Shown here piece by piece: positions 53,432 to 64,000 of a DNA stretch of 64,000 nt. The position numbers were made by a program, and so were the translations under genes. The stretch comes from Octopus vulgaris (Eukaryota). The stretch spans positions 4,774,001 through 4,838,000 of the forward strand of contig OX597818.1 in NCBI GenBank assembly GCA_951406725.2, given 5' to 3'. The stretch's first letter is position 1; the number at the start of each line of letters is the position of its first letter. Under the pieces are notes generated by a model. That model worked only from the letters and a program-made list of their open reading frames with translations. It did not search any database and had not been told where the DNA came from.

Positions 53432-53464
<33 letters not shown>

Positions 53465-53481
53465 TATATATATATAGGGGT

Positions 53482-53532
<51 letters not shown>

Positions 53533-53600
53533 TCAGTTGATCATATATCCGAAAAAGAAGCAGTAATGTCCTTACATGCAGTTAAATATATGTGCGATCA

Positions 53601-53664
53601 TAGAGTGTCCAATGGTTTCACACCCATAAAGCGCTTAGCTTTATGAAGGACTCGTCAGACTCTA
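53601..53664 (-). ncRNA. Type I hammerhead motif, probably inactive (U16.1 to A)
   Basis: TAGAGT-CTGACGA-...-GAAA-CCATTGG-AC-ACTCTA. Confidence 0.6.
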
Positions 53665-54032
53665 ATGGCGGAGAGCATATAAGCCCTCTTCAAACAGGAG
53701 ATAGAAATCCGTTACGGTCAGTTAATATGAAAACAAAGAATAAAATACCATTTGAGATTTAACCAGGACCAGTTATCTCTTTAGACTAGTTCAGTTGGCA
53801 ACTGTTATGGTCGCTTAGAGCCGGAAAAAGTCCTCGTTGGCTGATAACAGCCTAAGGGTGGAGATTCCCTGTTCACTCCTTAAGTTCATAAGATTTGCCA
53901 CTTAAACTGGTCTGAGGGAGACAATTCCTCCTGGCTAAACTTCAAACGTTATTTTATTCTTAGTTTACAAATTAACAGACCGTAACGGATTTCTACCTCC
54001 GGTTTGACGAGGGCTGATATGCCCCCCAACAT

Positions 54033-54096
54033 TAGAGTCTGATGAGTTCTCCATAAAGCTGAGCGCTTTATAGGTGTGAAACCATTGGTCACTCTA
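54033..54096 (+). ncRNA. Type I hammerhead ribozyme motif
   Basis: TAGAGT-CTGATGA-g..CC ATAAAGC(tgagc)GCTTTAT aGG..t-GAAA-CCA(t)TGG-TC-ACTCTA. Perfect 6-bp stem I, GUC site after 54090. Confidence 0.8.
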
Positions 54097-54101
54097 TGAG
54101 C

Positions 54102-54165
<64 letters not shown>

Positions 54166-54209
54166 ACACTCATGTATATGTAGATAAGTGTAAATATCTA
54201 TACATATTT

Positions 54210-54244
<35 letters not shown>

Positions 54245-54282
54245 ATGTGTGTGTGTGCGCGCATGTGTGTATGTGTGCGCGC

Positions 54283-54313
<31 letters not shown>

Positions 54314-55646
54314 TCCGTGTATGCAATACACATACACACAAATATGAATGTATTTGTGCTAGCGAAATGAGTTTTATAAGATAATAATAAATTCTAAGTA
54401 TTTAATCCTCCTGAAATAAATTACATAAAGTTCGTTGCAATGTCAAAGTAGCGACTCACCAAATGGGTGTTTGCCAAAAGTATTTCGGCCAGAACGTCTT
54501 TAATATGGACAAAAGTTAGCTTAAAAATTGGCTATCAGGTATTTTATTATTTTAATTTAATAGCTGGTACTGGTTACGACGACATACCGAAATACAAGAA
54601 ATCAGTTATTATGTTTATCAAGTCAAAAGTTGGCAAGTTTGACCTGCCGCCTATCTGACATTTGGCTAGATTCCATCATTACGAAAGGCTTATTTTACCA
54701 ATATCATTCAAATATGCTTTACATTCTTTAATATCATCCTAAAATGAATGACATGTTCCCTCGTTTATAAATATCCGACGTTCATTATTGCCCCCAAACC
54801 ATCTACTCATCTCAATTTAAACTTTTCCATTAAATATGAAGTGCATTACATCGAAGACATTTCGCAGAGCACTTAGATACATAAATTAATGATATATGGC
54901 ATTCAGTGAGATCATGTTTGTCTTTGTGTGTGCCAAATATCATATTAGGCGTGTGCTATTAGCGCACCGTTGCTAAATGTAGTTATCTATGAATACAAAA
55001 TGTTTGAATAAGTTTATGCTGGCATATTTACATACGCGTATATGTTAAATGCCACTCGTAGATACACATATGAAAAAGCACTTATGCACAAGATTTCATC
55101 GGCAAACATGTACGGCAGTAAATTAACATACGCAACCTCAGACATCTTTCCCTCTCTTTTTTTTTGTATCACAATATATCTCTCCACTTTTTTTTTACTG
55201 ACGTTACTTCTTAAAGAGCAACAACAGACCACTCAGTCACGCAGTGACGAAAGAAACATGGCTGCTACTGACTATACCGTACATCGCTTCTTACAGGGAG
55301 GAAACAACGCAAGTGACACTTTCCATCGATGCGGGTGATATCCTGGCTGCCTGCCGCAAAATAATGAATACATTTGAACATTATGTTTTATGATTTTCGT
55401 TCATGGAAGTTCTTGAAATGTGAAATTGATCATGTTTGAATGTAGAGTACAAAGAACTACATTCACTTTAAAGATAGGATGGTTAATTCTGGTTAGTTGG
55501 GTGATCAGAAATTCAACGATAGTTAGATTTCATATCAGAGTATCCTTCTTCTAGATAAATATTTTGATAAGAACTAAAGGTTCATCACTCTTAAAGATAT
55601 TTTACTGCGTGTACTGTCTCCAATGCTTCTGTATCTCTTTCACTTC

Positions 55647-55832
55647 ACACACACACACACACACACATACATGCACGCACGCAAACACACACATACACAT
55701 AGATGCACGCACGCACATACTCACAGATGCAGGCAGGCACGAACAGACACACACACAGACACACACATACACACACATGCAGGCAGGCACGCACAGACAC
55801 ACACACAGACACACACAGAGGCACACACAAAG

Positions 55833-55905
<73 letters not shown>
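55647..55905. repeat. (CA)n-rich microsatellite
   Basis: Seen directly. Confidence 0.95.
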
Positions 55906-55909
<4 letters not shown>

Positions 55910-56515
55910 CTCTATTGATTTCGTGTTTTTGTATATTACTTTTATCAATTTTTCAATTAGAAATTCCACGGTTGTTTTGAAAACTGAGATGGTTGTTGAA
56001 AGTTTACAGAGAATCAGGAAATCGCATTTTGTTTGAAACATGATTCTATAGATGGTGTAAAAGTCTACGCAGATAGAATCAAATGTGTAGTCCTAGGGGG
56101 CAACATCGCTAAACCTTATACATCCTGTGATACACTTGTAATCTTCCTATCTTAAGAGTTATCTATTTACTTATCATTTTATGTTAAGATGTGAATAATC
56201 TTAACTACGAGAGGAAATCTAAAATACAATCTTTCAATTATATCATTCTATGACTGTACAACTTTGTTGGTAAAACTTTAGCAAATCTTAACATACATTA
56301 TATCATACATTGTATACTTAGTTTCATTTCAGAGAAAATTTGATATGGTTAGATTTGAACCCATAGTCCCAGTGAACTCTGGATTCACACCCCGTCCCAG
56401 ACGTATGGTCGCATGGTTAACATTTCGCTTCGTAGCCATGTGATGCTTTGCACCTTGGACAAGCGTCTTCTGACACAGCCTCAAGTTTTGAGTGAAAGTC
56501 AAGAATGGCAGCTCA

Positions 56516-57186
56516 TGTATGTATGTATGTACGTACGTATGTATGTATGTATGTATGTATGTATGTATGTATGTATGTATGTATGTATGTATGTATGTAT
56601 GTATGTATGTATGTATGTATGTATGCATGCATGCATGCATGTATGTATGTTTGTATGTATGTATGTATGCATGCATGTATGTATGTATGTATGTATGTAT
56701 GTATGTATGTATGTATGTATGTATGTATGTATGTATGCATGTATGTATGTATGTATGTATGTATGTATGTATGTATGTATGTATGTATGTATGCATGCAT
56801 GCATGCATGTATGCATGTATGTATGTATGTATGTATGCATGCATGCATGTATGTATGTATGTATGTATGTATGTATGTATGTATGTATGTATGTATGTAT
56901 GTATGTATGTATGTATGCATGCATGCATGCATGTATGTATGTTTGTATGTATGTATGTATGTATGTATGCATGCATGCATGTATGTACGTATGTATGTAT
57001 GTATGATTGTTTGTATGTATGTATGTATGTATGTATGTATGTTTTGTATGTATGTTTGTATGTATGTATGTATGTATGTATGTATGTATGTATGTATGTA
57101 TGTATGTATGTATGTATGCATGCATGCATGTATGTATGTATGTATGTATGTATGTATGTATGTATGCATGCATGTATGTATGTACG

Positions 57187-57220
<34 letters not shown>

Positions 57221-57460
57221 TGTGTGTATGTATGTATGTATGTATGTATGTATGTATGTATGTATGTATGTATGTATGTATGTATGTATGTGTGTATGCA
57301 TGCATGTATGTATGTATGTTTGTATGTATGTATGTATGTATGTATGTATGTATGCATGCATGCATGTATGTATGTATGTTTGTATGTATGTATGTATGTA
57401 TGTATGTATGTATGTATGTATGTATGTATGTTTGTATGTATGTATGTATGTATGTATGTA
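56516..57460. repeat. ~950-bp (TATG)n array with CATG/TTTG variants
   Basis: Seen directly. Confidence 0.97.
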
Positions 57461-57813
57461 GGCATATCTGTGTGTGTGTGTGTGTGTGTCTGTCTGTATG
57501 TATGTAGGCATATCTTTGTGTGTGTGTGTATGTAGGCATATCTGTGTGTATATGTGTGTGTGTGTGAGAATGTGTTTACATAGATGCTGCTTAAAAAGAA
57601 CTGCGTGGGTTATTTATGCTCGTCTAAACACTTTCGGGCGGTGTTCCAGAATAACCGCAATCCAAAAGCCGGTAACAAACTAAATGATTAAAAATATAAA
57701 TACCATATTTAATTTAACGTGGTTAACTTTATTATAATTGTAACAATTACCATATATATTACAAATACGTTTGACAGAACTGTGTGTTTAGTTACACATG
57801 TAACAGCTTTTTC

Positions 57814-57861
<48 letters not shown>

Positions 57862-57940
57862 CTAGCATATATAAATACATATACAAACACAAAAGGTATT
57901 AGCATTACAATTAGATACTATTAAAAAACTCCAATCAAAC

Positions 57941-57985
<45 letters not shown>

Positions 57986-58677
57986 GAAAGAGGGAGAGAG
58001 GGAGAAAGGGAGAGAAAGTGTGAGAGAGGGAAAGAGAGAGACAGATAACTAAACATGCAGCTGCTTCCCAAACTTTCCTCCATCTTGATATCTTCTTTCT
58101 GTCCGCCGTCCTTGTGTTTAAATATGACTATCACTCTCTTGCATGTATATTTTAACACACTTTTGCTCAGCATTTCACTTCTTAGAGTACTCTGTGTCAC
58201 TTTCTCGCTCTCTCCTCCCCCTATCTCTCTCTTTCTTTCTCTCTCTCACTCACTCGAGTTTTTAACTCTCCCTGTCTTTCTGTTTCGCTCATGTTTTAGC
58301 GTTACACACAACGTAGGTAAATAGGAACGTACTGTTGTGCTGCTGAGTTCAGCAAGAAACTTTACGAATATCTTTTGATTTGATCATACGAGAGTTTGCC
58401 ATGCCAAGGAAGTTCCAACTATTGCACTATATTATACATACATGTCTGTCAGTAAAACTTTCTAGCACGTAAAGGAAAAACTCCATTTGAAATTGGCCAA
58501 GAACCAACTTAACCTGAGGCTACTTATCTTCCAATTACTAATCAAAATATAATGGACAATCTACAGTATAGGAATGAAAGAAAATAAATAAGGAAAATTG
58601 GAAATATCAACAGTTACTTAACGACGTATATACAAATACTGAGTGATATCTCCTTTCTTATACATAATCATACACTC

Positions 58678-58710
<33 letters not shown>

Positions 58711-58835
58711 TGTATGTATGTATGTATGTATGTATGTATGTATGTATGTATGTATGTATGTATGTATGTATGTATGTATGTATGTTTGTATGTTTGTATG
58801 TAAGTGTGTGTGCGCGCGTGCGGTTGTGTGTATGA

Positions 58836-58884
<49 letters not shown>

Positions 58885-59022
58885 CACATACATAAACTTA
58901 AAAATACAGGTCGACCTGTATCTTCTACTTTTAAACTTGCGTTGTTTTGGTTAAAAAACAACACATTTAAACATTTATGTATATTAGACAATGCTTCATA
59001 AAACATATACTACTCAATTATC

Positions 59023-59054
<32 letters not shown>

Positions 59055-60290
59055 TGTATGTATGTATGTATGTATGCATGTATGTATGCATGTATTTATA
59101 CTCATATTTATACACGTATATACTTACAAACACACACACATACAGACACATACACACACACATATATACTCAAGTATGCATACATACGCACAGACACAGA
59201 CATAACACACACAGACCTACATAACACAAAGATAAATTCATTTACAGTGTGTAAAGAAAATGAATTATTTTCAAATATACAAAATAAGTACTGATTTTCT
59301 TTCATATATCTCAAACCTGAAGTATATAAGAAATAAATAATAGATTATATTGGCATATTAAAAAAATGTCAAATATTCTAAAGATTCTCAAACGCTCTAA
59401 TACATTTTCTTTGGCTAATGTGCAGGAGAGTTTCAAGTATTTTTCTCTTTGAAAACTTGGCATCGACAATTTTCTTCATGACTTTTATTTATGTTATTAA
59501 TTTTATGGTATCAGTTTTTATGGTACCTCTCTTTCCCTTATTTTATTATTCTTCATGAACGATCTGTAAAAGTATTTTGGCAAAGTAAACACATTACTAC
59601 AAATTCATATAATGAAACTTTATGTTCTTCTGAAGAGTTTTTTTTTCTTGGTTGTGGTCTCCGTGTTAATGCGTCCTATGGAAAATAAGAGTAAAATGCG
59701 AGGGAAATAAACAAATTATGAATCTAAAGAAGTTACGCACCTAACTAAATAACGACGGTAGTTCCCAGAGAATCTATACATTTACGAAACATTGAATTGA
59801 AAAAACGATGAATTCTAAAAACAAAGCTGTAGTAGAAAAAATATGTAACTCATATCGAATCACTACCGGCAATATTTCCTTTTGTAGTTTCCTTCTAGAT
59901 TTGGTAAAGGAATAAAAGGGTTGAGATTGCATTATCTCTTGCTCTTCGACATACTTTTTGATGCATCTCTGGGTCTGGTTTCTAGTCAAGTAAAATAAAT
60001 TGGATCCTCTATCTATTTCTAGTCCCAGGTTTCGGCAAGATTTCCACATCTATGATAAAATGTACAGTAAAATGACAACTTATTGCGTTAGGGTGTCTCA
60101 AGAGGTCATTGCTATGAGATTACTTATAGTAAACCGAATACTGACACAGTGTGCACGCAAATAGGTTACAAAAGAAAAAAAAAACATATGTGTAGGTGTA
60201 ACAAACATACGTTTGACTTCGCTGTGGAAATACAACCGATAACGCTTTCTCTTCAGAATGAGCTGAAAATAATTCATTAACACACACACA

Positions 60291-60373
<83 letters not shown>

Positions 60374-62738
60374 ACACATATGTATATTACACTCACGCAT
60401 ACACGGATACGTGCACGCACATACATGGTTACATGCGCGCACACAAACACACATATCGGCATTTCTTCATTGTCGAATATATCAAAGCTTCTTTATTGAT
60501 ATTGTGGATTCCATTGTTTTTGCCTTCCGATGTTTGAGAGGAATAGTATGAAACTGAAGTAGTGAAGAGTTTCTTTGTTCTAGAAATCTTCTTTCTTTTG
60601 GTCCATTTTCTTCAACTTGTAATTCACTGTAGTCTTCTTTTTATTAGGTTGAATGTTGAATAAGTACCACACTTGTTTAAGAAACCATGTGTCCTTTTTA
60701 CATGTCCTAGCCATGTAAAAAGGCTGGGAACATTTAAAAGGGGGAAGACTTTTCACAATGTTTACAAAAAATAAGATAATTTGAAAAGGGAATTGTACTT
60801 GTACAATTCCACGGCGAAGTAAGAAAAACTATATGATGATAAAATATATTTAATCTTCTCATTTAAAAAGAAAAAGCGGAGCAAAATATTTTGGTGCAGG
60901 GAAGGAGTTAATTTGAGAAGCACCGCATTTTCAGTACACTGAAATTGCATAACCACTGATTAACTACTAGGAAAAAGAAAGATTGTGGAATGCAATAAAG
61001 ACAATTTAAAATGTTTAACTGTAGTGTTTCTCATAGAAAAGACAGTCCTCAGCCTTAGATGGACCTCTGAGGGTTGAAAAAGGAGATGACAACCAGGTTT
61101 CAAAAAAAATTAAGATTATCAGATTATCAGAAGGTTTTAAAGCTTCGGGTGAATGTCTTGATTCGAAAGTTATGGCTGAATGGGCTGTGTTAAAAATTTG
61201 GAAGTTTGTAAAAATATTATTTTTTAAAGATTTAGCTGTTATTTCTGTACGAGAAACGATCACATTGGGACCTCACTCATTTCGTCTGCTGGTTCGACAA
61301 GCTTTTAAACTTTTAAAATCGTCATTTCTGAATTTTAGCATTTGTGGGATTAAGTAAAAATGTCGAGGAGCTGGTTTTGGGGTAAAATCTTAAGTCAGTT
61401 GTCAAAAACACTGAAATCAAGAAATTTTTGAAAAGCAGAAGAGGCAGGTTTCGTATTCGAAATGTTCGATCCAAATCCTTTATAACTTCTTTCAGTAATG
61501 TTACATAGATTTGATGAAGCTTATATGTTGAATTTCAAGTTAAATTTCTTTGCAAAAATAATACAAAACTAGATATTTGAAGAATGTTGACGCCAGTTAT
61601 ATACAAATTATGTACGACTATTTTTAATGCATTTGCCTAGCTGTTACAAACTGTGCGGAAAATATCCCGTGTATGTACATGAAACTTTGATGACTGCCAA
61701 TTTTGTTCACTGAATATATAATAAATTTTCGTGTTATATTTCTAATCTATTCAAATGAGATTATTTATTAATGATCTTCCATTAGAAAATTAATCTAGTT
61801 TGTGAAATACATTTTCTCAATTGGAGAATATTTTATTTAACGAAACCTTATTATCTACGTATACAATTTCTTCACATTATTGATTTCAAATTAAAACGCA
61901 TCTTTTGATGACAAATAAACCAAAATAAATATATTTTCAAATCTGTCTAATTTATATAAAGAAAATTGAATTACTTTAAATATATTGGCAGCTCTATTTC
62001 TGTGTGCATTACAGAGCATTGCGAGACAAAACAAATTAGATTATATTCTATGATGATATAATAGATACGTAATATACCACAGTGCCCTTAAATTGAACAA
62101 AATAACACATGATAGAAAACGTGTTTAAAACTATTTTAAATACCTAATGTAAGCTGTCTTTATTATATCCTGGTTTTAAACTGAAATGTTTTCAATTGAT
62201 TTTCGAAGTCTACTCCCCACAAAGATATGCAGTTTTGGTTTAAGTAATATTGGTATAGTTTGGCTAATCAAAAATAAAATTTCTAAAGAGTAGTTTTTAG
62301 ACGAGTGTATTACTGTTAATTAATTTATTGATCTTCGAAATATAAAGAAATATAAATATAAAGAGAGGTTATATTAAAATTATCTTGATTACATAGTTGT
62401 TGTTTTCCTGAAACACAGGCAGTTAAGCGGCGAGGATACAGAAACGTTGAATATCTCTATTGTAAAGAGATAAAAGTAAATTAAGCGCATGCCATTTAAT
62501 TGAGGTTTACAATTTCTCAGAATTCATCAGTATTAACTTGGCTGTGATATTGAAACTGGATGGGAATTCTTTTACATTCAAGTTTAGGAAATTCAGGTTA
62601 ATTTTTATTAAGTTTTACAATTTTACATTTATATTTGTCAAATGAGGATCCGGACTCTTTGATTTGACGCCTGTAACCTGTTTCAAATGAAGTTAAGAAA
62701 TATCCAACGCGAGGAAAAATTTTGTGAATTAAACTTAC

Positions 62739-62839
62739 CCTATCATATCTGGAAGCAGGAAAGGAAAGGTTGTCGTCAAGATCAGCTTTGCTTTTTTTTT
62801 TACTTCCGAGGTGAATAGAACAAAAGTACCAATCTGTTA
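62739..62839 (-). other. Candidate isolated 101-nt exon
   Basis: Acceptor TATATCTATTTCAG, donor GG|GTAAGT, one open frame (TDWYFCSIHLGSKKKSKADLDDNLSFPASRYDR). No recognised homology. Confidence 0.2.
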
Positions 62840-62947
62840 CTGAAATAGATATAATCGATTATACCCTTTTTTCAAAATGTGAGACCTTGAGCCCGAATAA
62901 GAAATTTTTACATTCAGTTTTCCAAGGAAGATCTACTAACAGATTGA

Positions 62948-64000
62948 TAGTATACTCATTTTGCACGTATTCTTTTTGCACGGTTCTGAAATAACACGGT
63001 CAAAAAAAAAGAGCCGATTATTTTTTTGCAGCATTTTTTTTTACTTTAACACGGTTTAAACATCTGTCCTTTTGTGACCACCGAATTTATAAGCAAGTGG
63101 CAAGTAAGCGATTAAGTAACATCAATCGATTATAATTTACAAAATGCCCAAACTCTACGTAATATGATTAAGTAACAATTTAGCGAAGTAAAATAGAATC
63201 TAACCTATTTTTTCTATATAGTGATCCCCTGCTCTCCGGTGTGGGCGGGACCTATGCATGGTACATACTTCTGGTTGCCTTTTACCGCTCCATCAGAAGG
63301 CTCGCGGTGGCATTCGTTAGCATCGGGTCTAATACGAAAGACGTGTCGCGTGTTTTATCCTCTGCTATATTCTTTATTTGCAATCGTGATAGTGATAACC
63401 TATCCCAAAATGTCGGTTGATACATCTAAGAAAAATAAAAGAGCATCAATTTCTTTGGAGACCAAGATCGTCTTCGTAAGGGCGAAAGTTCAGCGTCCTT
63501 GGGTAGAGATTTCTTCCTGAACACAGCTATGATAAGAACGATCAAAAGGAATGATGCTGCCATTTGAAGATTTGTAGCTTCTGGAACAAAATTATCTGCC
63601 AAGTCGTCGTCATATACAAGAGACATGATTCAAGAAAAAATGGAGAAAGCATTAATAATATTGATAGAAGAAAATAAAAAAAATGGATACCAGTAGATGG
63701 TAAAACCACAAAAAAGATGACATTACGATTTTACAAGAAGATGAATAATCTGGAGTTATCAAGTGCGTTACATCTGTCTAGTGACAAAAAGAAGAATGAA
63801 TTTGCTGCAAGCACGGGATGACTTGCAAAATTCCTCGAAAGATACTCACTGCAAAATATAAAAATGAGAGGTGAAATTTCATTGGCAGATAAGATTGCTG
63901 CTAAAGAATTTCTTCCAAAACTAGCCAAAATAATTGAAGAAGGCGGTTACATTTCAGACAAAGCTTTCAACGCAGATGAAACTGGTCATTTTTGGAAAAA
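62948..64000 (+). mobile_element. Tigger/pogo DNA transposon, degenerate, runs off the window
   Basis: MSVDTSKKNKRASISLETK (63410), FAASTG*LAKFLERYSLQNIKMRGE, IEEGGY...FNADETGHFWK. Confidence 0.88.

Larger units (their letters stand above)
53597..54099. mobile_element. Imperfect inverted-repeat element (~205-bp arms, ~90-bp spacer) with terminal hammerhead motifs
   Basis: TAGAAATCCGTTACGGTC / GACCGTAACGGATTTCTA and other matches. Lies between (TA)n and (CA)n tracts. Confidence 0.8.

Noticed and set aside
53270-53432. Short element between (TA)n tracts with CCGAAATTGCG and CTGAAGA on the minus strand
   Set aside because: Probably a truncated Penelope-type terminus, but the motifs are in the wrong order and the fragment is too short to call.
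54430-55350. CpG-richer unique sequence as a promoter or first exon
   Set aside because: No diagnostic motif or recognisable ORF; cannot be supported from sequence alone.

Overview
AT-rich animal genomic DNA, probably octopus/cephalopod (inferred from the SINE family and the dense TA/CA/ATT/TATG microsatellites). No host protein-coding gene can be supported, and most of the ORF track is microsatellite artefact. The window is a stack of mobile elements. (1) About 14 R4/Dong-like non-LTR retrotransposon copies with a restriction-like endonuclease; the well-preserved copies sit in one orientation in (TAA)n tracts, including a ~15 kb chain and one nearly intact full-length copy whose ORF overlaps an upstream ORF at TAATG. 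(2) Three mariner elements, a DD37D/maT fragment, a Chapaev3-like element, a Tigger/pogo element, two Tx1/L1-like LINEs, an RTE 5' fragment and a Penelope RT fragment. (3) About a dozen tRNA-derived SINEs. (4) The most notable signal is a set of short, mutually unrelated non-coding elements, mostly palindromic or circularly permuted and next to dinucleotide tracts, carrying type I hammerhead ribozyme motifs (166-210, 14244-14305, 15143-15206/15387-15450, 53601-53664/54033-54096). They resemble Penelope pseudo-LTR or retrozyme-like elements. All calls were made by eye; boundaries of degenerate elements are approximate.
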